In this document: in pieces, positions 38,438 through 49,981 of the stretch
How positions within the stretch are numbered: the first letter of the stretch is position 1
Layout of the letters: the number at the start of each line of letters is the position of its first letter
NCBI GenBank assembly: GCA_963750165.1
Contig: CAVVPN010000012.1
Span: 1,120,001-1,184,000 of the forward strand
DNA from: an uncultured Gemmataceae bacterium
GTDB taxonomy: Bacteria > Planctomycetota > Planctomycetia > Gemmatales > Gemmataceae
Direction: 5' to 3'
Length of the DNA stretch: 64,000 nucleotides
Notes under the pieces: generated by a model
What the model was told of the DNA's origin: nothing
What the model saw: only the letters and a program-made list of their open reading frames with translations
The model's database searches: none
Program-made: the position numbers and the translations under genes

Positions 38438-39492
38438 TCAACCATTTTCACCAGCCTTCCCAGCATATCCAGATTGCGCGACGGCCGCAATTCCGACACC
38501 TTCACGCTGGCGAAACCATTCCAGCGTGTGGCGCAACCCCTCCAGCGCCGGGGTGCATGGCTGCCAGCCCAGTTCCGCCCGCGCCCGGTCGATACTATAA
38601 GCGGCCGGCCGCGTCATCAGGTCGGCCCCGTAGCGCGTGACATAGGGGCGCGGTCCCAGCGCATGACGCGGGCGTAGACCTCGCCGAACAGGCCGCCCCA
38701 GGTCGCCAGCCAGCGCGGCGCGTGGCGCGTCAGACGCGGCAGACCGAGGCCGTCGGTCAGGGTCTCGAAGAACTGCCGTTGCGTGATCTCGCCGGGGCTG
38801 CACAGGTGATAGACGCGGCCGCCAGCGCTGGCGTGGTTGGCGGCCAGGACGGCGCCTGCGGCCACGTCGGCGGCGTAGACGAGGTTGAGCAGGTTGTCGG
38901 CGCGGCCGATGAGCTTGATCCAGCCGCCGCGCAGGCCGTTGACCAGGCGCGGCAGGCCGTTGCGGTCGCGCGGGCCGTAGATCCAGCTGGGCCGCACGAC
39001 CGTCACGCCGTCGCCCAGGGCACGGACCAGGCGCTCGGCCTCGATCTTGGCGCGACAGTAGTAGTCCAGGCGGCGGACGCGCTGGCCGAGCGGTTCGTCC
39101 TCGGTGAAGCCGGCCGGCGTCGGCCGTGGATGGCCGTAGACGGCGACAGAACTGACGTGCAGCAACCGGCTGACGCCCGCGGCGCGGACGGCGGCGACGA
39201 GGTTCGCGGTGGTGTCGATGACCTCAGCCCGGAACTGCCGCCAGGCGCCCCAGTCGCCAACGCGGGCGGCGCAGTGGTAGACGATGGTGGCGCCGTGGAC
39301 GGCGCGGCGAACGGCCTCGGCGTCGAGCAGGTCACCAGGGACCAGCTCCACGCCGAGGCCACGGAGGAAGGCGGTGTCGGCGCCGGGGCGGATGAGGGCG
39401 CGGACACGCTCATCGCGGCGGACGAGTTGTTCGGCGACGTGACTGCCGAGCAGCCCGGTCGCGCCGGTGAGGACATTGAGGGGAGCCGCCAT
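38438..39492 (-). CDS. NAD-dependent epimerase/dehydratase (frameshift near 38640)
   Basis: TGATGLLG, YCRAK, RPSWIYGPRD; C-terminus (YSIDRARAELGWQP) lies in another frame. Confidence 0.85.
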
Positions 39493-39536
39493 CCGCCCGG
39501 GGCCTCCAGAAAACGCGAGCGCCGGGGTCCGGCGCG

Positions 39537-40067
39537 TCAGCGCGGCAGTTCCAGTTGCGCCTTCCACTCCTTGTCTTCGAGGGACATTTTCATTTGTTTG
39601 GTATCCCCTTCTTTCTCTTTGTAATGGACCGTGGCTTTGTTGCCGTCCACCTGCACCTTGGTGACCGTGGAGTCCTCGACCTTGTGAAATTTGTCGTGGA
39701 AGCGCTCGGTCTTGAAGTAGGATTTGGTGTCGAGGGTGGCCAGGTCAACCTTCTTCTTGCCGACCCAGGTCTTGTTCATCTCCTCCTTTTTCATCTTGTC
39801 CGCCTTGTCATAGGCTTCCTTGACGGCCTTGGCTGTCGCCTCGGCCTCTTTCTGGGTCTCCTTGTCGATAGCTGCCCAGAGTTTGTCCGTGTTGCCGTCG
39901 TCCACGGCCTCCAGGCCTGCCTGCAGATCGCCGAACGCTGTCTTGACGGCTTCCTCCTCCTTGGACATTTTTTTGCCGCTCTTGTCTTCCTGGTTGGTGC
40001 ATCCGACCAGCACCGCTCCGGCCAACAAGCCAACCGCCCAGCACCAACGTACGTTGCTGCCCATCAT
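39537..40067 (-). CDS. Hypothetical lipoprotein, Lys-rich
   Basis: Lipobox LVGC after a hydrophobic leader; Shine-Dalgarno-like gagagg upstream. Confidence 0.75.
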   Translation of the reverse strand: MMGSNVRWCWAVGLLAGAVLVGCTNQEDKSGKKMSKEEEAVKTAFGDLQAGLEAVDDGNTDKLWAAIDKETQKEAEATAKAVKEAYDKADKMKKEEMNKTWVGKKKVDLATLDTKSYFKTERFHDKFHKVEDSTVTKVQVDGNKATVHYKEKEGDTKQMKMSLEDKEWKAQLELPR

Positions 40068-40311
40068 CGCACCTCTCATGAGTTTGGGGAACCGGCCCGG
40101 ACCGCGCGGCCGGCTGTGTTCGCTAAGGTAGCGGCAAACGGGCGGAAAGCCAACGAAATAAAAAGTTCCGGCGCGGAAGACTCACCCGGCGAGCGGCGCG
40201 GCGTTAGCCCGCCGGTACTGCAGAGCACCGGCGGATTGGACGGCTCCCCAGTCGCAACCTATAGTTGGGACACCAGGGGCTCTGACAATTCCTGTCGCCA
40301 GAGGACGGTTC

Positions 40312-41786
40312 ATGAAATTCGCCGTGCTGCCGCTGCTGTGCCTGGGCGTGGTGCCGACGCAGGTCCGGCCCCTGGGCAACCTCGACTTCCAGTCCGGGCC
40401 GGAGGTACGCTGGCAGGGTAGCGGCTTCGCCCTGCGGCCGGGCCAGCAAACGCCGCGCTGGGTCGGCAGCGCCGACGCCCCAGGCGGCAAGGCCCTGCTG
40501 CGCTATGTCTTCACCGTGCCCGAAGGCGCCGGCCGCATTCACTTCGCCGCCCACGCCGTTTACGGCCGGGGCTGCGCGCGGACAAGCGCATGAACGTCTA
40601 CCTGCTGGGCGCCGGCCACCGCCAGGTGCCCAAGCTGCGGCGCACCGCCACCGGCTGGACGCCGACCAACTCCCTGCTGCCGCTGGCCAACGGCGTCAAC
40701 AACGCCTACTGCTGGGACGTGTCCGCGGAGGCCGGCGCGACGCTGCAAATCGTGCTGCTCGACCAGGACGACCGGCCCGGCTGTCACGTCATTTGCAGCG
40801 GCTTCCGCGTCGAGCGCGCCGACGCGGAGCAGACCCGGCAATTCGCCGTGGAAATGCAGCGGCTGCAGAAACAGTACAAGCTGCCGCCGTTGCTGAAGTA
40901 CGACAGCCGGCACTTCACCGCCTGGAGCAACGCCGACCCGGACTTCACGGTGCTGCGGCTGCGCAACTGTGAGGTACTCCACCACAACTTCTTCCAGCAC
41001 TTCGAGCGCAAGGGCTTTCGCCTGCGGCCGCCAGCCGCCCGGCTCATGGTGGCGGTCTTCGACGCCCAGACCGGCTTTGAAGCGTACCTGGGCCAGAAGA
41101 TGCCGAACAGCCTGGTCGGCGTCTACCACCCCGCGAGCAACCGCCTGGTGGTGTATGACCTCAACCAGAATAAGGGCCTGCTGGCGAACAAGGAAAAGGC
41201 CCTGCAGTTGAGCAAGCAAATCGCCCTGGACATGGACCGCGTTCACTACGTTCAAGCGGTGGAGCGCTCGGCGCGCGACGCCAGCGCCGACGCCAACATC
41301 GCCACGACCATGCACGAGGCGGCCCATCAGGTGTCGTTCAACTGCGGTCTGCTGAACCGCGACGGCGACAAGCCGCTGTGGCTGGCCGAGGGACTCGCTT
41401 GCTACTGCGAGGCAACCGAGAAGGGGGCGTGGCAGGGGGTCGGCCGGCCGAACAACCCCGATCGGTTGCACGTGCTGGCCCAGGTGCAGCGCGGCAAGGC
41501 CAAACTGCTGCCGATTGCCGAGTTGGTCGGGTCGGCGGACTGGCGCAAGGACAGCGCGACGCTGACGGTCGGCTACGCCCAAAGTTGGGCGCTGTTCCAT
41601 CTGCTCATGCACCGGCGGCCGGAAGCGCTGCGGAAGTACCTGGCGCTGATCTACCCGCGCCGGACGCCGGACCATCGGCTGACGGATTTCCGGCAGGTGT
41701 TCGGGGCGGACCTGACGCGGCTGGACCGCGAACTGGCGGGGTACGTGACGGACCTGGTGGAGCGCTACGGGCCACGGCTGAAGTGA
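40312..41786 (+). CDS. DUF1570 domain protein, zincin-like (frameshift near 40580)
   Basis: Signal peptide in ORF 40312-40593; HEAAHQ...N.G...PLWLAEGLA.Y.E and YAQSWAL in ORF 40590-41786. Confidence 0.8.
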
Positions 41787-41790
41787 CGGC

Positions 41791-41862
41791 TCGTGGTCGG
41801 AGCCCGAGCGCCAGCGAGGAGCAGAGGTTGGCCCCGCGCTGGCGCTCGGGCTCCGACCACGA
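41791..41862. repeat. REP-like hairpin between convergent genes
   Basis: tcgtggtcggagcccgagcgccagcg ... cgctggcgctcgggctccgaccacga. Confidence 0.8.
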
Positions 41863-41866
41863 ACAT

Positions 41867-43395
41867 TCATGGCGATTTCTTGTTAGACACGTCGCGCGGT
41901 TGCAGCCCGACCTCCAGCAATTCATGCACGTCGTCGGTGCGCGGCAGCAGTTCCGGCTGGCGAGCGGTGCGCCGGACGTGGGCCGCCAGCTCGGCCGTCA
42001 ACTCCTTGACCACCGGCGCGAACTCCGCCTTGCTGGCCAGGTTGGTCGTCTGACCGGGGTCCTTGAGGTTGTCGTACAGCAGGATGGTGCGGCCCGGGAG
42101 CGGCTTGCCGGTGGTGTAGCCGTCCTGACGAGCGCGCTTGCCGGTGCCGTAGATCAGGTGCCAGCGGTCCGTGCGCACCGCCATCTCCTCATTCTCGGCG
42201 TACTCCACAAAAACACGGTCGCGGTGCTTGTCGGTCTTGCTCTGCAGCAGCGGCAGCAGGCTGCGGCCCTGCACGGTCTTCGGCGTGGCGACGCCGCAGG
42301 AATCCAGGATCGTCGGGGCGATGTCGATGAACTCGACGAGGGCACGGCTGCTGCGGCGCTTCTTCGGCGCCGGCGGCGGTGGCAGGGCCGGCGGCAGCCG
42401 GATGAGCAGCGGCGCCCGGATGGCCTCCAGGAACAGGCAGTGCTTCTCGAAGCGGCCGTGGTGGCCGAGCAAGTAACCGTGATCGCCGATAAAGACGATC
42501 AGTGTGTTGCGGTCCAGGCCGAGCTTCTCCAGGGCCGCGAGCACGACGCCGATGTTCCTGTCGAGGAACTCCACGGAGGTGTAGTAAGCCGCGGTGATGC
42601 CCTGCGTGTCGCGCTCGGTTAGACCGCGGAAGATGGCGGGAATCTGCCAGTCGTCCTCGGCGCCGGCCTTCGGCACCTTGATGGTTTCGGGCTGGTGCCG
42701 GCCGCGGAACTCGACGGGGAAGTGAAACGGCGAGTGCGGCTCTGTGAAGCTGACCATCAGAAAGAATGATTCGTCCCTGTGCTGCCCGAGGTAGCGAACC
42801 GCTTCATTGGCGAAGTAGGTGCCGGCCATGTCCACATCGCCGGCGGGGTAGGGCCGGCAGTCGGCGTTGAGCCAGACGCGCCGGGATCCTTGAAGGGCCG
42901 CCACTGCGGCAGAAACTCCACGTCCTTCGGCAGCGGCGTGGCGCCCTTTTGCTTGAGCCATTTGCGGAAGTCGGGCAGATCCAGGCGATACTCGAAGCCG
43001 TGCTTGAGATCGCTGTTGAAGTGCATCTTGCCGATGGCGGCGGTGCGGTAGCCGGCCCGGGCCAGCAGCTTCGCCAGCGTGTTCTCGGTCGCCGGCAGGG
43101 CGGTCTTCAACTGCGTGACGCCGACGGTGCGCGGGTAGCGGCCGGTGAGGAACGACTGCCGTGAGGCGGTACACACCGGCGAATTACAGAACGCCTGGTC
43201 GAAGCGGACGCTCTGCGCCGCCAGCCTGTCGAGGTTGGGTGTGCGGACCTGCTTGTTGCCGTAGGCGCCGATGGCGTATGCCGCCAAATCATCGGCGACG
43301 ATGAACAGAACGTTGGGTTTTTTGGGGGCGGCCTGGGCCGCGGCCGGCGACGGCAGCAGTCCGAGCATGGCGACGGCAAGACAGGACCAGCGCAT
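41867..43395 (-). CDS. Sulfatase (frameshift near 42882)
   Basis: KPNVLFIVADD, CTASRQSFLTG (CxxxR), IGKMH, PHSPF, GDHG...EKH, VELIDI-like motifs split across two frames. Confidence 0.88.
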
Positions 43396-43495
43396 GACAA
43401 CTCCGGGAAAAAGCCGAGCAACGTGAACAACGGGATTCCCTGCCAATATCACTATCCCCAGTGCGCTGAAACGTCTTCCCTTATGGAGCTCTGCG

Positions 43496-44452
<957 letters not shown>

Positions 44453-44553
44453 CGGGATTGCTGCCGCTGGCGCCGGGCGCGTCCGTGGTAGTGAACGGAA
44501 GCGGGGAATAGCGGCAAGAACGACCCGAATTCTGTTGGGAAAGGGGGCGGACT

Positions 44554-44946
44554 TTGAGTGCCGGGGTAATTCTGCCGATGGCAAAATCGCTGTATCTTTG
44601 CGACGGGCACCTCGGCTTTACCTCCGGGAAGACGGACCTGATGGGGATCTTTGATTCCATTCGCCCCCAGGGTGGATATCCACACATCCACCCGTCCTTT
44701 GTGGTCTTCGCCCGCCTGGCGCAGGGGCTGGGAACCATTCCCTTTCGAGTGGACATCCGTCGCGCCGCCAGTGGCCAGTTTGTTGCAGGCACTCTGGTCC
44801 AACAGCTGGTTTTTCCCGACCGAGATACGATCGTCAACATGGTGGTGACCATGAAGGGAGTATCCTTTCCCCAGCCGGGACTATTTCTGGTAGAATTGCT
44901 GCTGGACAATCAGTGGGTGGCAGACACCACCGTGGAACTGAAATGA
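44554..44946 (+). CDS. Hypothetical protein, DUF6941-like
   Basis: LYLCD...GKTDLMGIFD...FPQPGLFLVELLLD pattern; start uncertain (TTG 44554 or ATG 44578). Confidence 0.65.
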   Translation: MSAGVILPMAKSLYLCDGHLGFTSGKTDLMGIFDSIRPQGGYPHIHPSFVVFARLAQGLGTIPFRVDIRRAASGQFVAGTLVQQLVFPDRDTIVNMVVTMKGVSFPQPGLFLVELLLDNQWVADTTVELK

Positions 44947-44958
44947 GGAGACGTGCGC

Positions 44959-45171
44959 ATGAGCGCGATCCAGCAGCCAACCCCGAATCATCAGGGCGAG
45001 ACGTTTGGTTCGGGGGATTTCCAGTTTTTTGAATGCGAGGCGCTTTCCGCGGACCACCCGGAGATTCAGGCCCGCGAGCGCGCCCGTCAACAGCAATTGC
45101 CACTCTCCAATCCAACCGAGAAGGAGGCCCGGCCTGCACCGGAAGGGGAAAAGAAGAAACATCCTGAATAA
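44959..45171 (+). CDS. Small hypothetical protein
   Basis: Follows the DUF6941-like gene with a gaggag RBS; no family recognised. Confidence 0.45.
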   Translation: MSAIQQPTPNHQGETFGSGDFQFFECEALSADHPEIQARERARQQQLPLSNPTEKEARPAPEGEKKKHPE

Positions 45172-45196
45172 GACAGCCAACGGACGCGGTGAGAAA

Positions 45197-45508
<312 letters not shown>

Positions 45509-45757
45509 CTGGATTTCGGTCGCTGGCGTCCTGGCGTGCTGCACCTCTCCAGACTCCAGCGTACCCGTTCACGGGTTTGTGGCGGCGACGCACGAGCCAA
45601 CTGGGCGAACCCCAGGGCAAGGCTGTAGGATGCCCCGGCAGGGAAACGCCGTAGGCTGCCCCCGCAACGCCCCTACGCGCCCGAGACGAGAAGGCCGTTG
45701 AATTCCGGAACCAATTTCGCTCCGGTTTGCCGCCATTATTACATAGGGGGCACAACG

Positions 45758-46066
45758 ATGATTGACAAAACAACTGCCAGAGACATCGTGAGTCGATGCT
45801 TGAGTTCACTTGCTGAACACGATGAGAATGACCCATGGGTCATTTGGGATGAATATACCGAAGAGTATGATATTGCCTGGGTGTTCTACTGGACAAAAGA
45901 ATCAATTTTTCTAGGAAAGGCTCGGAACCTTATTACTGGAAACAACCCGATCCTGGTTGACAAACAAACCGGCTTTTTGTTTCTTATAGAAGTTTCTGCC
46001 CCCCCCAAGTTCAGTGTTGAGAAATACCGAAAAGATAAAAACAGCTTGCCTCGGCTTACTTTTTGA
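45758..46066 (+). CDS. YrhB/Imm35-like immunity protein (AT-rich)
   Basis: TEEYDIAWVFYW...ITGNNPILVDKQTG signature; markedly lower GC than the flanks. Confidence 0.7.
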   Translation: MIDKTTARDIVSRCLSSLAEHDENDPWVIWDEYTEEYDIAWVFYWTKESIFLGKARNLITGNNPILVDKQTGFLFLIEVSAPPKFSVEKYRKDKNSLPRLTF

Positions 46067-46117
46067 AAAGAGAGGAAAAGGGCCAGCTTTCCGTCAGCAG
46101 GTCGTTCCGGCAGCCGG

Positions 46118-47488
46118 TCAGCGTTCCCTGGGGCGCTTCGGCTTCTTTTCCCCAAAATCCAGCTGGTCTGCCAAATCCGGCGCGGCGACGAAAGCACGCT
46201 GCCTACCCTGTTTCGTCTCGACCAGCAGTTTACGCCCCGCCAAGTCGAGCAAGTCGTTGCGTGCCGTCACCAGGGTGATGCCCTGAGAATGTTGGTGCGA
46301 CTGGAAGGTGAAAACCTGGGACGGGTCCTGCAGCGCGCGGTCCAGCACGGCGCGCTGGCGGTGGTTCAGGTCGGGGAACCGGCGCAGGGCCGCCGCCGCC
46401 CGCTGCTGCTCCGCCTGCTTTTCGGCCAGGTACTGGCGCAGGCTTACGAGGGCTTGTTGCGTCGCCTCCAGCTGGAACAGCACGGAGTAGGTCAGGTCGT
46501 TGTCGTCGTGTTCGCTGTGCAAAAACGAGCGGTAATACTGCATCGGGGCTTTCATGATGACGCGGGAAATCGTCAGAAACTCGAACAGCCAGTAACCCCG
46601 TTTCAGCATGTACCAGTAAAACAGGCTGCGCGCCGTGCGGCCGTTGCCGTCGATGAACGGGTGCTCGTAGGCCAGCCAGAAGTGCAGGACCGCCGCCTTG
46701 ACCAGGGGGTGAATGAAGTTGTCCTTGCCGTCCTCGGCGTTGGCGAAGTCAATCAAGCGGGCGAGTCGGTCCGGCAGCCGATCGGCCGGCGGCGGCGTGA
46801 ACACCACCTCGTTGTCGCGCACGTCGATCACGGAAATCGCTTCGTCCGGGGTGCGGAGCCGTCCCACGCCCGTCGGGTCGTCCAGGGTGTCCCGGGTCAT
46901 GCTCTCCTGGATCTCAAACAACAAATCCAGCGACAGGGGCACGTCCAGGCGCTGCCGCAACGTCTGGATGGTGCGGTAGCTGTTGACGATCATCTGTTCG
47001 CTGCGATCGCGCGGCTTGCGGTTGGTGCGGAGCATTTCCTTGGCCACCCTGCGAGTGGTGGCCGCGCCCTCGATCTGACTGGTGGCAATGGCTTCTTCCA
47101 TCAGCGAACTGATCAGCACGCGCTCGCGAATTTCCCGGATGGCCGGGGCGGCGCCGGCTTCCAGGCCGATCATGGTTCCGCCCATGCGGTCCACCTCGTG
47201 CAGCACCCGGAGCGAAGGCAGCGGCATCCAGTAATTAAAGGCGAGGCGGTGCTCATCCACCAGCGGGAGAAAGCGCCGCTGGCCCATGCGCGACAGTTTG
47301 ACCGCCAGCCAGGCTTCCTCGGGGTCGAGCCCGGCCAGGGGTGGCCGGTGGCGCAGTTTGTCCCAGTGAAAGTAGGCGGTGTTCGCTTCGGTGATGTACT
47401 GCTGGATGGACGGGTTCCCCAACTGCTGCAGTACGCGCGGCAGCTTTTCGTTGGCTAACGAGGGTGGTTTTTGAGGCAACTTGACCAT
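46118..47488 (-). CDS. Fic family protein with C-terminal winged helix
   Basis: Canonical HPFIDGNGRTAR; SQIEG inhibitory-helix-like motif; C-terminal TARNDLLDL. Confidence 0.9.
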   Translation of the reverse strand: MVKLPQKPPSLANEKLPRVLQQLGNPSIQQYITEANTAYFHWDKLRHRPPLAGLDPEEAWLAVKLSRMGQRRFLPLVDEHRLAFNYWMPLPSLRVLHEVDRMGGTMIGLEAGAAPAIREIRERVLISSLMEEAIATSQIEGAATTRRVAKEMLRTNRKPRDRSEQMIVNSYRTIQTLRQRLDVPLSLDLLFEIQESMTRDTLDDPTGVGRLRTPDEAISVIDVRDNEVVFTPPPADRLPDRLARLIDFANAEDGKDNFIHPLVKAAVLHFWLAYEHPFIDGNGRTARSLFYWYMLKRGYWLFEFLTISRVIMKAPMQYYRSFLHSEHDDNDLTYSVLFQLEATQQALVSLRQYLAEKQAEQQRAAAALRRFPDLNHRQRAVLDRALQDPSQVFTFQSHQHSQGITLVTARNDLLDLAGRKLLVETKQGRQRAFVAAPDLADQLDFGEKKPKRPRER

Positions 47489-47761
47489 CGACGATAACTG
47501 TATAGCAACTGTATAGTCTTGAAATATTATACAGTTTTCGCTGGCCAAAAGGAAGGCGATTCAGAAAACCACTGACTGTCCTGGAGTTGCGCTGCTGAAG
47601 GGGTGGTTGGGGCGGTGGCAGTCTTCTCTTTACTATCCAGTCCTGCCGCCGGGATGGATGCGCCGCGCCAGGCCGCCAGCGGCAGAAAAACCATTGCCAT
47701 CGCCGCCGGCGCCGTCATAATCGAGTCAGTTCCACCCCGCGCACTTTTTGGAGACCTCACC

Positions 47762-49059
47762 GTGGCCACCCGCCTCACGCGCCGCCGCTTCCTGCAGGGC
47801 AGCGCCGCCGTCGCCGCCAGCGCCGTCGTGCCGTACACCCTCACCGCCGCCCAACCGCAGCCCAACGGCGAGCGCCTGCGCCTCGGCGTCATCGGTGTCG
47901 CCGGCCGCGGCGCCGACAACCTCCGCGGCGTCAGCCACGAACACATCGTCGCCCTGTGCGACGTGGACACCAACCGCGCCGCCGCCGCCCGCAAGCAGTT
48001 TCCCAAGGCCGCGTTCGTCGAGGACTACCACCGCCTGATCGATCGCAAGGACGTGCAGGCCGTGGTCATCAGCACGCCGGACCACGCGCATGCGCTGCCG
48101 GCGCTGCTGGCGCTGCAGGCCGGCAAGCACGTTTACCTCGAAAAGCCGCTGGCGCACAACGTCCGCGAGGTGCGGTTGCTGATGGAAGCGGCCGGTCGCC
48201 ACAAGGCCGTCACGCAGATGGGCACGCAAATCCACGCCGGTGAGAATTATCGACGTGTCGTCGAGATCATGCGCGCCGGCACCATCGGCCGTGTCCGCCG
48301 CGTCCACGTCTGGGTGAACACCCGGCCGACCGCCGGCACCCGCGTCAAGCAAGCGACGCCGGTGCCGCAGGGCCTCAACTACGACCTGTGGCTGGGCGGA
48401 GCGCCGTCGCGGCCGTACCACGAGTCGCACGTGCATTTCCGCTGGCGCTGGTGGTGGGACTTCGGCGGCGGTGTGCTCGCGGACATGGCCTGCCATTACC
48501 TGGACCTGGCCTACTGGGCGCTGGGCCTGACGCAACCGCGGACGGTGGCGGCGAGCGGCCGCGTCACCTACAAGGGCGACAACACCGTGCCGAACCTGAT
48601 GCGGGTGGACTACGAATATCCGGCGCCGGCGAACAACCGCCGGTGCATCTGACGTGGTATCACGGCGTCACCGGCCCGGACCTGAATGGGAAAGTCACCT
48701 ACACGGGCTTCCCGGCGGGCGTGCTGTTCGAGGGCGAGAAGGGCAACCTGCTGGCGGGTTACAACGGCTATCGGCTGCTGCCGGTGGAGCGATTCAAGGG
48801 TTTCGAGCCGCCGAAGCCGACCATCGCGCGCTCGATCGGTCATCACCGCGAATGGCTGCAAGCGATCCGCAGCGGCGGGCCAACGACGTGCAGTTTCGCT
48901 TACAGCGGCAACCTGACGGTGGCGGTGCTGCTGGGGAATGTGGCGTACCGCTGCGGCGGCAAGATCGAGTGGGACGACCGCACGGGCACGGTGACCAACA
49001 ACAAGAACGCGGCCCAGTATCTGCGGCGCGAGTACCGCAGGGGCTGGGCCGTCGGCTAA
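47762..49059 (+). CDS. Tat-exported Gfo/Idh/MocA oxidoreductase (frameshift near 48630)
   Basis: LTRRRFLQ leader, IGVAGRG, STPDHAH, YLEKP, QMGTQ, DMACH; C-terminus in ORF 48388-49059. Confidence 0.88.
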
Positions 49060-49088
49060 TGTCCTGGCGCACGGCGCGCCGTGAGCCC

Positions 49089-49211
49089 AGAGCGGTTCAC
49101 AGGCGCGTGGATCACGAACCGTAGGACGGCTCGCCAGCGCCGTCGGGAGAACGCTGACGGCTCTGGAGAGCCGTCCTACCACTTGTGTGCTAACCGATCG
49201 TGAACCGCCTT
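49089..49211. mobile_element. ~120-bp MITE-like element, second copy with REP-like cargo
   Basis: agagcggttcacaggcgcgtggatcacg ... gtgaaccgcc; internal gtaggacggctcgccagcgccgtc / gacggctctggagagccgtcctac. Confidence 0.75.
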
Positions 49212-49863
49212 AATTGGGGTTCAGGTTGTAGAGGGCGCTGGCCTCAACCGTACGGTCGGCGGCCCGGTAAGCGCGGGCGAGGTTGTTGCGACAGGCCACG
49301 GTGTCGGTGTGGTTCGGCCCCTGCGCCGTCTGCCGCAAGTCCAGCGCCTGCTTGTACTGCTGGACCGCCAGCGCCGGCTCGCCCTGGTCCAGGTAAGACG
49401 AGCCGAGCACCTCGCGGACCTGCGCCGCCGCCAGCGGCCGATCCGCGAAGACCTTGGCGATCTCCGGCTCGGCCGCGTCCACCGCCTGGCGCAGCGTCAC
49501 CGCCTTGTCGAAGACGCCGGCCCAGGCCTTCGGGCGGCCCGCCGCGAACACCCGGTCCTGCAAGAACTCCAGCGCCGCGCGGGCGTCCTGCGCGGCACGC
49601 TTCGCCTCTGCCGCCACGGCCAAAGCCCGGTCGAGCGACTGCGCCGTGGTCTGGCGCGTCGCCTCTGCCTGGTCGCGCTGGCTTGTGAGCGCTGCCTTGA
49701 AGCTCATCGCCTCGTCACGCTGCTTCGTGGCCTCTTCGGCCTTTGTTTGCGATTCGGTTTCCGCCTGCCGCGCCCACACGGCCAGGCCCGTGCCCGCGGC
49801 GCCCATCCCCACTAGCAGCGTCAGCAGGACCGCTGCCATCCGGTTCGTTCGTTGGTTCATCAT
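49210..49863 (-). CDS. Membrane-anchored TPR protein resembling the C-terminal part of kinase-TPR proteins
   Basis: TM segment, coiled coil, GPNHTDTVACRNNLARAY TPR-like motif. Confidence 0.7.
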   Translation of the reverse strand: MMNQRTNRMAAVLLTLLVGMGAAGTGLAVWARQAETESQTKAEEATKQRDEAMSFKAALTSQRDQAEATRQTTAQSLDRALAVAAEAKRAAQDARAALEFLQDRVFAAGRPKAWAGVFDKAVTLRQAVDAAEPEIAKVFADRPLAAAQVREVLGSSYLDQGEPALAVQQYKQALDLRQTAQGPNHTDTVACRNNLARAYRAADRTVEASALYNLNPN

Positions 49864-49882
49864 AACGTTAGTCTCACGAATG

Positions 49883-49976
49883 GTTGGACGGCTCGCCCGA
49901 GCCGTCTGGAACAGGGACGGCTCCGCAGAGCCGCCCCGCCAAGTTTCCCGGACGGCTGCAGCGAGCCGTCCCACAA
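49883..49976. repeat. Cluster of REP-like units (ggacggct...agccgtcc)
   Basis: Three degenerate hairpin units of the same family as the MITE cargo, here without the TIR ends. Confidence 0.6.
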
Positions 49977-49981
49977 CGGAC

